A stretch of 48,659 nt of DNA from Terrimicrobiaceae bacterium. Its GTDB lineage: Bacteria > Verrucomicrobiota > Verrucomicrobiia > Chthoniobacterales > Terrimicrobiaceae. Made by a program: the position numbers and the translations under genes. This document shows positions 20,102 through 29,456 of this stretch, in pieces. The notes beneath the pieces are model-generated. The model worked only from the letters and a program-made list of their open reading frames with translations, was not told the DNA's origin and searched no databases. Location: positions 1-48,659 of the forward strand of contig JBIIPZ010000024.1 of the NCBI GenBank assembly GCA_044342325.1. Reading direction: 5' to 3'. Position 1 is the stretch's first letter. Each line of letters begins with the position of its first letter.

Positions 20102-20518
20102 ATGGATATCCCAAGATTTCGCCAGAAACGCCGGGCCCGAATTGAGATCGTGCCGCTCATCGACATCATTTTCTTTTTGCTGGCGACTTTCGTCTTGGTC
20201 TCCCTCTCCATGGTCAAGCACAAGGGCATCCCCGTCGTTCTTCCAAGCGCCGCCACGGGCGTTCAGCAAGAGCAGAAAGACCATGTGGTGATCAGTATTT
20301 CCGAGGCGGGACAGCTTTACCTCGATAAGAATGAGCTCCAGCCTGAGGAGTTGTATAAAACAATGCGCTCTCTCTGGGAGAAGGACTCCGGGCTCCGGGT
20401 TCTCATCAACGGCGATGAGAATGCCCGCCTCGGCTTGGCTATTCAGGTGCTCGATGAAATCCGCAAAATCGGCATCACAAAAGTCGCTTTTGAAACGACT
20501 CCCAAGCCGGCTCATTGA
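20102..20518 (+). CDS. exbD: Biopolymer transporter ExbD
   Basis: IEIVPLIDIIFFLLATF, VVLPSA, INGDENA. Confidence 0.92.
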   Translation: MDIPRFRQKRRARIEIVPLIDIIFFLLATFVLVSLSMVKHKGIPVVLPSAATGVQQEQKDHVVISISEAGQLYLDKNELQPEELYKTMRSLWEKDSGLRVLINGDENARLGLAIQVLDEIRKIGITKVAFETTPKPAH

Positions 20519-20521
20519 TTG

Positions 20522-21232
20522 ATGCAATACGCCAATTCCGGCTTCAGTGGGCGTCGAAGAATTGTGCTGGGCTGTGGAATCATAGCTGTTGCCCTACACG
20601 CGCTGGTTCTTTTTTGCTGGGATTCACATCCCCGTCCCGTGGAAATCCAAGATGTGGCCGAGGGCTCTGTGGAGGTGGAGCTTTTTGAAGGTCCGCCTGC
20701 CGTCGAGTCGGCTGCGACTGATGAGCCAGCCGAGCCGATAGAAGAGATTCCCCAGCCCGAGCCGGAGCCCTCTCCGCAAGAGGCTCCCTCTGAAATGCCA
20801 ATCCTGCCTGCGCCGGAGCCGCCCCCAGAGCCAATGGCCACGCCTCAACCCTCACCCAAACCTGCCCCTCGCAAAGTGGTGCAAGCATCCACTCCTACAA
20901 AAAAAGGAGTCGCGAATTCCCCAGCATCGGGGGCCCTGACCAAAGGAGCCCCGGAGGGAACCGGTCGCCAACTCATCGGCAAACCCACCTACATCGTAAA
21001 ACCGTCGCCTTCCTACCCAGCGGAATCCCGCTCCGCGCGAGAGCAAGGCCTCGTGGTCCTGAGAATCACCGTCAACGCAACAGGACGCCCGACCCATGTC
21101 GAGATCCTCAAATCCAGCGGATACCCCCGCCTCGACCGCGCCGCCCTCGAAGCTGGCTGGCGTTGCCGAATTCGAAACGCCACCCCCGGCGACCAATTCG
21201 ACGCCCCCCTGCGCTTCAATCTTCAAAATTAG
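20522..21232 (+). CDS. tonB: Energy transducer TonB
   Basis: TM with ALH, Pro/Glu-rich linker, PSYP...EQGLV.L..V...G, SSGYPRLDRAA. Confidence 0.9.
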   Translation: MQYANSGFSGRRRIVLGCGIIAVALHALVLFCWDSHPRPVEIQDVAEGSVEVELFEGPPAVESAATDEPAEPIEEIPQPEPEPSPQEAPSEMPILPAPEPPPEPMATPQPSPKPAPRKVVQASTPTKKGVANSPASGALTKGAPEGTGRQLIGKPTYIVKPSPSYPAESRSAREQGLVVLRITVNATGRPTHVEILKSSGYPRLDRAALEAGWRCRIRNATPGDQFDAPLRFNLQN

Positions 21233-21329
21233 CCGCCCAATCCCAGCGCTCGCTACGACCAAAAATTTGGACGATCGTCCAAAAAAACTGCTCAACGAGT
21301 CTGGGAGCGGCTTGGCGGGTGCAAAAGAA

Positions 21330-21362
21330 ATGCGGGGCCGGGCTTTCACCTCGGCCCCGCAT
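21330..21362 (-). terminator. Intrinsic terminator downstream of sucD
   Basis: ATGCGGGGCCG...CGGCCCCGCAT stem followed on the minus strand by TTCTTTT. Confidence 0.7.
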
Positions 21363-21422
21363 GAACTGGATTCGCGCGGTAGCGCGACTTAAAACTTAAG
21401 ACTTAATTCTTAAAACTCCCCC

Positions 21423-22298
21423 TTACCTCGCCATGCGGCGAAGGAGGGCGTCGGCCATGTCGGCTGGTGTGGCGGCGACTTCGATGCCGGCGGCTTGGAT
21501 CGCTTCGATCTTGCCTGCGGCTGTGCCTTTTCCACCGCTGACGATGGCGCCGGCGTGGCCCATGCGTCGTCCGGGAGGTGCTGTGGCTCCGGCGATGAAT
21601 GCGGCGACTGGCTTTTTGCAGTTTTTGCCAATCCACTCGGCGGCTTCCTCTTCGGCGGTTCCGCCGATTTCACCGATCATGATGAAGGCCTCGGTGCCGG
21701 GGTCGTCGTTGAACATTTTCACGACATCGAGGTGCGATGTGCCATTGATGGGGTCGCCACCGATGCCGACGCAGGTCGATTGACCGTGGCCACGGCTGGA
21801 AAGTTGCCAGACGGCTTCGTAGGTGAGAGTGCCGGAGCGCGAGACGACGCCGACTTTGCCTTCCTTATGGATGTAGCCGGGCATGATGCCGATCTTGCAG
21901 GCGCCGGGAGTGATGATGCCGGGGCAGTTTGGGCCGATGAGGCGGGATTTCGATTTCGCCATGGCGGCTTTGACTTTCATCATATCGAGGACAGGAATGC
22001 CCTCGGTGATGCAGATGACGAGTTCGATTCCGGCATCCACCGCTTCGAGGATGGAGTCCGCCGCGCCCGCTGGGGGCACGAAGATCATTGTGGCGTTGCA
22101 ACCGGTCTGTTTGCGTGCTTCGTAGGTGGTGTCGAAAACTGGGACCTTGCCTTCGAAAACCTCGCCGCCGCGGCCTGGAGTGACTCCGGCGACGACATTG
22201 GTTCCGTATTCCATGCAGGACTTGGCGTGAAAAGCGCCCGACTTGCCGGTGATTCCCTGAACGAGCAGGCGTGTGTTTTTATCAACGAGAATGGACAT
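21423..22298 (-). CDS. sucD: Succinyl-CoA synthetase alpha subunit
   Basis: [37 protein letters not shown]. Confidence 0.98.
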   Translation of the reverse strand: MSILVDKNTRLLVQGITGKSGAFHAKSCMEYGTNVVAGVTPGRGGEVFEGKVPVFDTTYEARKQTGCNATMIFVPPAGAADSILEAVDAGIELVICITEGIPVLDMMKVKAAMAKSKSRLIGPNCPGIITPGACKIGIMPGYIHKEGKVGVVSRSGTLTYEAVWQLSSRGHGQSTCVGIGGDPINGTSHLDVVKMFNDDPGTEAFIMIGEIGGTAEEEAAEWIGKNCKKPVAAFIAGATAPPGRRMGHAGAIVSGGKGTAAGKIEAIQAAGIEVAATPADMADALLRRMAR

Positions 22299-22310
22299 GG
22301 TTTTGAGAGG

Positions 22311-23492
22311 TTAGGCTGCGGCTGCTACGACTTTTTTTGCGGCGTCGGCGATATCGGTCGCCGCTGTGAGTTTGAGTCCGGATTCGGAGAGAAGTTTCCG
22401 GCCGGCGTCGACATTAGTGCCTTCGAGGCGCACGACGAGCGGGACGGGCAGGTTGACGGCCTTCACGGCATTGATGATGCCCTGAGCAATAACATCACAC
22501 TTCATGATGCCTCCGAAAATGTTCACCAGAATGGCCTTCACGCGGCTGTCCGCGACGAGGATTTTGAAGGCCTCTGTGACCTGTTGCTCGCTGGCGCCAC
22601 CGCCCACATCGAGGAAGTTTGCGGGTTCGCCGCCGTGGTGTTTGATGATATCCATCGTGGCCATGGCCAGACCTGCGCCGTTCACGAGGCAGGCGATGTT
22701 TCCATCAAGCCCGATGTAGCTGAGGCTGTGCTTGGAGGCTTCGACTTCGCGAGGGTCTTCTTCTTCGATGTCACGGTAGGATTGGACATCCGGGTGGCGG
22801 AAGAGGGCGTTGTCGTCGAAATTGAACTTCGCATCGAGCGCGAGGACTTGGTTGTCCTTGGTGATGACGAGAGGGTTCACCTCCACCATCGAGCAGTCGC
22901 GGGCGATGAAAAGTTTGTAGAGATTCTCAAAAAGCGTCGCGGCATTTTTGAGCAGGGCGGTCGGAATGCCCAGCATCTTGGCGAGCTTGCGTGCTTCGTA
23001 GGGCTGAAGGCCGATGAGCGGGTCAACAGGGAGGTGAAAAATCTTCTCGGGTGTGTGCTCGGCGACGGCTTCGATATCGACGCCACCTTCCGTGCTGGCG
23101 ACGATGACCGGTGCGGAAATGGCGCGGTCGATGAGGATGGCAAAGTAGAGCTCTTTTTGAATTTCGACCGATTTTGCGATGAGCACCTTGCGGACGATGC
23201 GGCCGTCTTCGCCGGTCTGGTGGGTCACGAGAGTTTCACCGAGCATCTTGGCTGCGGTATCACGAATCTCGGCGGGCGTTTTGCAAAGATGAACGCCGCC
23301 TTTGAAGCCGTTTTTAAATGTCCCTTTGCCGCGGCCGCCGGCGTGAACCTGGGCTTTGATGACGAGGTCTTGAGTGTTCAAGGAAGCAGCGATTTTCTCG
23401 GCTTCCTCCGGCGTTGAGGCAACTCCACCGGGGCTGTTGGCGACGCCGAACAGGTCGAGGAGTTCTTTGGCTTGGTATTCGTGGATATTCAT
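22311..23492 (-). CDS. sucC: Succinyl-CoA synthetase beta subunit
   Basis: [49 protein letters not shown]. Confidence 0.98.
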   Translation of the reverse strand: MNIHEYQAKELLDLFGVANSPGGVASTPEEAEKIAASLNTQDLVIKAQVHAGGRGKGTFKNGFKGGVHLCKTPAEIRDTAAKMLGETLVTHQTGEDGRIVRKVLIAKSVEIQKELYFAILIDRAISAPVIVASTEGGVDIEAVAEHTPEKIFHLPVDPLIGLQPYEARKLAKMLGIPTALLKNAATLFENLYKLFIARDCSMVEVNPLVITKDNQVLALDAKFNFDDNALFRHPDVQSYRDIEEEDPREVEASKHSLSYIGLDGNIACLVNGAGLAMATMDIIKHHGGEPANFLDVGGGASEQQVTEAFKILVADSRVKAILVNIFGGIMKCDVIAQGIINAVKAVNLPVPLVVRLEGTNVDAGRKLLSESGLKLTAATDIADAAKKVVAAAA

Positions 23493-23564
23493 CTGGCGGT
23501 TTGGAAAGCGCGAAGGATAGCCACTCCCGAGCCATTTCGGCAATAGCGCAGAGATTTTAAATTT

Positions 23565-24809
23565 TTATGCCTTACCCACGACGGACTCCATTTTATCCAG
23601 CGCTTGGTTCATGGCATCCTGCGGGTGGATCATGCTGGCCAGTTGCGTTGCAGCGTTGGTGGCTGCTGGTGTTTTCAAAAGCCTTTCCAACTTCGCGGCG
23701 AGGTTCCGGGCCGTTATCGCGTTGCGGGGCAAAATCTCGGCGATACCGAGGCGCCGCAAGCGGGCGGCGTTATCCGGTTGATCAAAGGAGTAGGGGATAA
23801 CCACCGAGGGGAGACCTGCCTTGAGCGCCTCGGCACAGGTTCCGATGCCGCCTGCGTGAACGATGGCACAGGCCTGTGGAAGGATGGAATGCAACGGGGC
23901 GTAGTTTACAGCCAATATGGACTCCGGCAGATTTTGAGGCACGGCGGCGTTCCGTCCGGTGAGGAGAATCGCTCTGCGGCCTAGCATTTGTGCGGCTTCC
24001 GCAGCTGCCTGGTAAAACGATGGCTCGAAATGCGCAACGATCGAGCCAAGCGTGAAAACCACGGGCGGGCTACCGCATTTTAAAAAATCCCGCACCACTT
24101 CGACATCCCCACCTTGATGATAAAATGGAAAACCAGCCTGTATTGTTTCCTTAGGCCAGTCGGGCTGCGGGCCTGCGAGAAAGTCGGGAAACATTGCCAG
24201 CGTGCCAAATGGGGAATGCTTTGCGTCAAAAATCGGATTCGCCCCAGCGGGCAGGCCCAGCGAGCGGCGAAATCGATAATACCCGCCGGCCCACATGCGT
24301 CCCTCGATGCGTCCAAAACAATACGCGAGACGGTGCAGCCATGGACCCAAATGCCGGAATTTGTGCAACCAAGGCGCTGGCGCCAGCACACAGGGGTCGG
24401 TGGCGGAGAGCAGCGAGGTCGGTGCCAGAACGACATTCAGCCATGGGATTTTCTCATCCGCCGCCACGATCGGCGCGGTGTAAAGCAGTTCGCCCACAAC
24501 CAACAAATCCGCTCCTCTGGCCGCGCCACACAAGTCTTCATGAGTTGCGGCGACATCCGCAAAAATCATGTCCCGCAGCAAACGCCGTGGGCCGCGTTTC
24601 AAGTCGAAGTAATAGGCAAGTGACTCCGCATCCTCCGGAATCTCAGGACGGAGCGGATGAAAATCCACGCCGGCCCGTGCCACATTCGCCGCATATCCGG
24701 GAGCGGCAGCCGCCACGACATCATGGCCGCGACGCGCTGCGGCAACCGCCATGGCAAGCATGGGATGCAAATCTCCGAGAGACCCGATGGATGCGAAGGC
24801 GAACCTCAT
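23565..24809 (-). CDS. GT1-family glycosyltransferase (RhlB/MGT-like)
   Basis: GSLGDLHPM, FTLGS, HAGGIGT, FDQPDNA. Confidence 0.9.
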   Translation of the reverse strand: MRFAFASIGSLGDLHPMLAMAVAAARRGHDVVAAAAPGYAANVARAGVDFHPLRPEIPEDAESLAYYFDLKRGPRRLLRDMIFADVAATHEDLCGAARGADLLVVGELLYTAPIVAADEKIPWLNVVLAPTSLLSATDPCVLAPAPWLHKFRHLGPWLHRLAYCFGRIEGRMWAGGYYRFRRSLGLPAGANPIFDAKHSPFGTLAMFPDFLAGPQPDWPKETIQAGFPFYHQGGDVEVVRDFLKCGSPPVVFTLGSIVAHFEPSFYQAAAEAAQMLGRRAILLTGRNAAVPQNLPESILAVNYAPLHSILPQACAIVHAGGIGTCAEALKAGLPSVVIPYSFDQPDNAARLRRLGIAEILPRNAITARNLAAKLERLLKTPAATNAATQLASMIHPQDAMNQALDKMESVVGKA

Positions 24810-24871
24810 TTGGCCTATCCTTGGAGCGCCCGTGCTTAAACAGCAAGGTCTGACGGCTGGAAATTCACAAG

Positions 24872-24919
24872 TTGAGACACGATCTCAATAATTGACGCCC
24901 GCATGCAGTTCCGTATGGT
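24872..24919 (+). promoter_or_regulatory. Palindromic operator plus sigma70 promoter upstream of feoA
   Basis: TTGAGA-N5-TCTCAA (24872-24888), then TTGACG-N16-TATGGT (24892-24919). Confidence 0.6.
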
Positions 24920-24967
24920 AGGTTTAATGTTTGGAGGCATTTCCCAATTCATTTTGAAATCGCAGGC

Positions 24968-25204
24968 ATGAAGCGGACACTCGACAGCCTGAAGGTGGGC
25001 AGCCGTGCAGAAATCGAAGACTTTGCCTCGGATTGTGACCGTGCGAACCGCATGGCTACGCTGGGGTTCATTCCTGGTCGCATGGTGAAAGTAACCCGCT
25101 TTGCTCCTCTGGGAGATCCGATTTCGGTGGAAGTCGATGGCCAGGAAATCAGCCTTCGTCGGGCTGAAGCGCACATTATTCAGGTGAAGAACATCGCTGA
25201 ATGA
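24968..25204 (+). CDS. feoA: Ferrous iron transport protein A
   Basis: RMATLGFIPG, APLGDPI, ISLRRAEA; overlaps the feoB start. Confidence 0.95.
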   Translation: MKRTLDSLKVGSRAEIEDFASDCDRANRMATLGFIPGRMVKVTRFAPLGDPISVEVDGQEISLRRAEAHIIQVKNIAE

Positions 25205-27420
25205 ACGCTCCAACCGAAGCTTCGCCGAAAAAGCGGTCGGGCCGTCCACTGGTCGCGCTCGTGGGAAATCCTAACACCGGCAAATCCACGCTTTTCAACC
25301 GCCTCACCGGCCTGCGCCAGCATATTGCGAATTATCCAGGCATCACGGTGGAAAAAAAATCCGGCCTCCTGCGCTCGGGTGGCATCGAATTGGATATTCT
25401 GGACCTGCCAGGCTGCTACAGCCTCACAGCCGTCTCGAACGACGAGCGGGTGGTGATGGATGTGCTCGGAGGGCGTCGGGGATTGCAGAAGCCGGACCTG
25501 CTGGTCTTTGTGCTCGATGCGACAAACCTCAAGCGCAACCTGCTTCTTGTCTCGCAATGCGCGGAGTTGGGTATCCCTGCGTTGATCGCCCTGAACCAGT
25601 GCGACGCCGCGAAACGAAATGGCATTCGTATCGATGTGGACTTGCTTGCCAAGAGGCTCGGCGTCCCGGTCGTGGAAACCATCGCCACACGCGGCAACGG
25701 GCTCGAGGAGTTGAAGCGGGCCATCGTCACCGCGCTCGATGCCCCGTCCGCTCTTCCCAAAATTCACTGGCCAGACTGCATCACCCACGGATGCGGATTG
25801 CTCCGTGCGGGTTTTCAGGGGGCTGGAAGCAGCGACCTCACCCAAGCCGAGGCGCTGCGCGTCCTTTTCGACAGCGACAGCGTCTTCACATGCGGCGTGA
25901 GCGACAAAGCCTGTGTGAAGAAGTTGCTCGATACCGCACACAAAGAAATTCGCGAGTCCGGCTTGAATCCCGGCTCCGCCGAGGCGGTGATCCATTACCG
26001 CCACCTGGAAACCCTCCTCGACGGCGTGGTCGAGGCCAGCGGACCGCTCGCCCGCTCGCACGACTCCATCGACGCCCTCCTGCTCAACCGCGTGTGGGGA
26101 ACGCTCATTTTCCTGGGTGTGATGTATGTGGTCTTCCAAAGCCTCTACTCCTGGGCTGGGCCGCTCATGGATTTGATCGATGCGGGAACCTCGGCCACGC
26201 AGGATCTCATTCGTCCGCTACTCTCCGCCAACCCGGCGCTGCAGAGCCTGGTGTGCGACGGCATCATTGCCGGAGTCGGCGGCGTGTTGATTTTTCTCCC
26301 GCAGATTTTGATTCTCTTTTTCTTCATCGCGCTACTTGAGGACACCGGCTACATGGCCCGCGCTGCATTCCTTGTGGATAAACTTTTCAGCTGGTGCGGG
26401 CTCAATGGACGCAGCTTCGTGCCGCTTCTCTCAAGCTACGCCTGCGCGATTCCTGGCGTGATGGCCACCCGCACGCTCAGCGATCCCAAGGCCCGTCTCA
26501 CGACGATTCTCATGGCGCCGTTCATGAGCTGTTCGGCGAGATTGCCGGTTTACATTTTGCTTATCGGAACCTTCATCGAGCCACTCTACGGGCCGCTTGT
26601 GGCGGGTGCCGTGCTTTTTGCGATGCACTTTGTTGGTCTCGCACTCGCGCTTCCGCTGGCGTGGGTGCTGAACAGGTTTTTTCTGAAAATCAAAACCCAG
26701 CCGTTCATCCTCGAGATGCCGGATTATCGGGTGCCGACGCTTCGGAATATTTTCCACCGCATGTGGGAACGCGGCCGCGAGTTTGTGCTCCGGGCGGGCA
26801 CCGTCATTCTCGCCTTTTCGATTCTCATCTGGTCGCTCCTCTACTTCCCGCGCGATCCGGAGGTGAAGGAAAAGGCCGCTCAGTCCTTCCTTGCTTCGGC
26901 GGCTCACTCATACGCGCCGGCTGAAATCCAAGCGGCATTGGAAAATCCCGAATCCGACCTCAGCACCGCTTTGACCCACCACATCGACTCAGCCTACATC
27001 GAGCAAAGCTACCTCGGCCGATTCGGCAAGGCAGCGCAGCCGGTTTTCGATCCTGCTGGATTTGATTGGAAGATCACTGTCGGTGTCCTCTCCAGCTTTC
27101 CCGCGCGCGAGGTCATTATCGCGACCATGGGTATTATCTACAACCTCGGTGCCGATGTGGATGAGGGCTCAGACGACCTTCGCAGCGTGCTCCAAAAAGA
27201 AAAATGGACCAGCGGTCCGCGCGAGGGCCGACCAGTCTACACGCTGCCTGTGGTGCTCGGAATCATGGTCTTCTTTGCCCTCTGCATGCAGTGCGGAGCG
27301 ACGGTGGCGATCATTGCCCGCGAACTGAATTGGCGATGGGCCGCGTTTTCCTTTTTTGGAATGACTGCCTTGGCTTGGCTGAGCGCTGTTTTGATTTATC
27401 AGCTTTCGAGCTTATTCTAA
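25201..27420 (+). CDS. feoB: Ferrous iron transport protein B
   Basis: GNPNTGKS, NYPGITVE, DLPG, EDTGYMARAA, PFMSCSARLP, AREV. Confidence 0.98.
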   Translation: MNAPTEASPKKRSGRPLVALVGNPNTGKSTLFNRLTGLRQHIANYPGITVEKKSGLLRSGGIELDILDLPGCYSLTAVSNDERVVMDVLGGRRGLQKPDLLVFVLDATNLKRNLLLVSQCAELGIPALIALNQCDAAKRNGIRIDVDLLAKRLGVPVVETIATRGNGLEELKRAIVTALDAPSALPKIHWPDCITHGCGLLRAGFQGAGSSDLTQAEALRVLFDSDSVFTCGVSDKACVKKLLDTAHKEIRESGLNPGSAEAVIHYRHLETLLDGVVEASGPLARSHDSIDALLLNRVWGTLIFLGVMYVVFQSLYSWAGPLMDLIDAGTSATQDLIRPLLSANPALQSLVCDGIIAGVGGVLIFLPQILILFFFIALLEDTGYMARAAFLVDKLFSWCGLNGRSFVPLLSSYACAIPGVMATRTLSDPKARLTTILMAPFMSCSARLPVYILLIGTFIEPLYGPLVAGAVLFAMHFVGLALALPLAWVLNRFFLKIKTQPFILEMPDYRVPTLRNIFHRMWERGREFVLRAGTVILAFSILIWSLLYFPRDPEVKEKAAQSFLASAAHSYAPAEIQAALENPESDLSTALTHHIDSAYIEQSYLGRFGKAAQPVFDPAGFDWKITVGVLSSFPAREVIIATMGIIYNLGADVDEGSDDLRSVLQKEKWTSGPREGRPVYTLPVVLGIMVFFALCMQCGATVAIIARELNWRWAAFSFFGMTALAWLSAVLIYQLSSLF

Positions 27421-27424
27421 GGAT

Positions 27425-27568
27425 ATGACCTTACTGGAACTTTTTCTCATTCCCCTTGCGATATGTGCATCGCTGGCGTTTCTGCTGCGCGGACTCTGGA
27501 AGCCTCAAATCAAAGCACAGCCCGCCTGCAGCGGAAAATGCTCATGCAAAAACACCCTCCGCAAATGA
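27425..27568 (+). CDS. FeoB-associated Cys-rich small membrane protein (47 aa; not in the ORF track)
   Basis: Manual translation MTLLELFLIPLAICASLAFLLRGLWKPQIKAQPACSGKCSCKNTLRK: one TM plus CxxxCxC. Starts 4 nt after the feoB stop; ATGA overlap with thiE. Confidence 0.8.
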   Translation: MTLLELFLIPLAICASLAFLLRGLWKPQIKAQPACSGKCSCKNTLRK

Positions 27569-28191
27569 ATTTCGATCTTCAAAATCGCCGCCTCTATGGG
27601 ATTCTCGACATGGGCTATGTCGAGCCATCGGAAACAATCCGGGTTGCCACAGAAATGCTGGAGGGTGGAGTGGAAATTCTCCAACTGCGCGCCAAGGGGG
27701 TTCAACCAGCCCAGATTCTCAAGCTTGCCGTCCCTTTGGTTCCGATCTGCAAGCGCTTTGGGGTTCCCTTTATTATCAACGACCATCCTGAAGTCGTCGT
27801 GGAATCAGGCGCCGATGGCCTGCATGTGGGACAGGACGATATCCTAGTGGAAACGGCGCGTGACTTGATCGGGCCGGACAAGATCGTGGGACTCTCCACC
27901 CACAGTCTGCTCCAGGCGGAATCGGCACTCCGCGAAAAGCCTGACTACATCGGCTTTGGTCCGCTTTTTTCAACGCCTACAAAACCGGACTACATGTCCA
28001 TCGGAACTTCGCGAATCAGTGAAGTCCACCGCCTTGTGGCCCTGCCAATTTACTGCATCGGCGGCATCAAGCTCGAAAACCTCCCCGAAGTCCTCTCTGC
28101 TGGAGCGCAACGCGTGGCCATCGTGTCGGGAATTCTCAAGGCCGAAAAAATCGCTGACTACTGCCGCACCTGCCGGGCCGCGTTGGAGTAA
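27565..28191 (+). CDS. thiE: Thiamine-phosphate synthase
   Basis: LQLRAK, FIIND, GLHVGQDD, GLSTH, GPLFSTPTK, IGGI. Confidence 0.95.
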   Translation: MNFDLQNRRLYGILDMGYVEPSETIRVATEMLEGGVEILQLRAKGVQPAQILKLAVPLVPICKRFGVPFIINDHPEVVVESGADGLHVGQDDILVETARDLIGPDKIVGLSTHSLLQAESALREKPDYIGFGPLFSTPTKPDYMSIGTSRISEVHRLVALPIYCIGGIKLENLPEVLSAGAQRVAIVSGILKAEKIADYCRTCRAALE

Positions 28192-28209
28192 AAATCAGCG
28201 GGCTGTTTT

Positions 28210-29205
28210 TCAGGTCTCAAGCTCCTCGGCATCATTCGGCTTTAGCGCGGGTTCGCCCTTTTTTCTCGCAGCGCCCCAGAGCACGACGCCTACACCGATG
28301 AGTATGAGCGCCAGGCTGGCTACCACCGGCAGCGTGATTTTTTCGCCAAGAACAAGGCTCCCTGCCAGCAAGGCCACTGCCGGTGATACATAGAATTTTG
28401 TCGTAACCACCGAGGCCGGCAGGTGCCGCAGGAGCCAATTCATTGCTGTGAAGGCCGCCAAGGAGTGGACGAAAAGGAGAAAGGCAAACGCTCCAAGCGT
28501 GCGGGCGGTAAAATCATCGGCGTGAATTTGGCCCGCTTCCCCGAAGATCAGACCGAGTGCGGTTAAAAGGAGGCCGCCAAAAATCATCATCCAAGCGGCT
28601 CCCGTCACGGGTGAATCCGAGGGCGGTCTGTGCCGGACAAAAATGCTGCCGATGGCAAAAAGAAAGGCAGAGAGAACCAGCAGGAGCACGCCGGTTGGCA
28701 TCGAATCCGCCGAGTCCGCAGTTAATCGCGGCAGCACAATCGCCACCACGCCTGCAGCCCCAAGCAATAGGCCGCCGGACATCATCAGAGAAACCCGCTC
28801 TCCCTTCGGGCGCAGGGCCTCCAATACGGCGACCCAGAGTGGCACGGAGGCCTTGATGATCGCCGCCACGCCGGATGGGACGCCGAGTTTTTCACCCTGC
28901 GTGACCAACCCCACACCGCCAACGAAAAGAAAAAATGCCCCGATCGCCGCGCGCTGGAGGCCCTGCAATGGCAGCAGGAAATGGCCCCGGGTGCAGGCCT
29001 GCCAGGTGATGAGGATCACGCCGGCACAAAAAATGTGCGAGGCGGCGAAGAGAAAGGCGGGCAGGCTTTCAACCCCGATTTTGACAGCCAAGAAATTCAA
29101 CCCGTAGCCGAGATAGACGATCCCGAAGGCCATGATGATCCGCCACAGCGCGGGATGGCCTGCATCAGCGGCGTTCGAAGTTGAATCTGTCGTTGGGACA
29201 ACCAT
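28210..29205 (-). CDS. EamA/DMT-family transporter (YedA-like)
   Basis: About 10 TM segments; AFGIVY..YG.NFLAVK, PSGVAAII, YVSPAVALLAG..LGE. Start uncertain (29205 or 29220). Confidence 0.88.
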   Translation of the reverse strand: MVVPTTDSTSNAADAGHPALWRIIMAFGIVYLGYGLNFLAVKIGVESLPAFLFAASHIFCAGVILITWQACTRGHFLLPLQGLQRAAIGAFFLFVGGVGLVTQGEKLGVPSGVAAIIKASVPLWVAVLEALRPKGERVSLMMSGGLLLGAAGVVAIVLPRLTADSADSMPTGVLLLVLSAFLFAIGSIFVRHRPPSDSPVTGAAWMMIFGGLLLTALGLIFGEAGQIHADDFTARTLGAFAFLLFVHSLAAFTAMNWLLRHLPASVVTTKFYVSPAVALLAGSLVLGEKITLPVVASLALILIGVGVVLWGAARKKGEPALKPNDAEELET

Positions 29206-29382
29206 GAAGGTCAACACCATGCCATGACTGACCTCCTGCGAAAGCCCGAATTCCACAGCATTCGCAGCCTTCGCCGAACATTCGCCAAGGGATATCGAAG
29301 TCGTGTGAACAAAAAACGACATGCCGAATCCGTGTGTTGTTTTTTGGGCAACCGCCATGCTCGCCTTCCTACTGAAACGGGT

Positions 29383-29398
29383 TGGCACGCTGATTGCT
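29383..29398 (+). promoter_or_regulatory. Sigma54 (-24/-12) promoter of amtB-PII
   Basis: TGGCAC-GCTGA-TTGCT, an exact consensus match about 60 nt upstream of amtB. Confidence 0.9.
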
Positions 29399-29456
29399 TA
29401 TTGGGGCTTAGCCCTAGGTTTCACCGACCAAGGACACTCAATAAATCAACACAACC

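Noticed and set aside
21387..21417. Heptamer run ACTTAAA/ACTTAAG/ACTTAAT/TCTTAAA
   Set aside because: A short degenerate intergenic repeat with no supportable function.
21495..23417. 640-aa ORF on the plus strand
   Set aside because: Antisense shadow of sucCD caused by codon bias; no recognisable motifs.
27463..27564. Longer thiE N-terminus from the ORF track
   Set aside because: It overlaps the Cys-rich peptide gene; the ATGA coupling supports a start at 27565.
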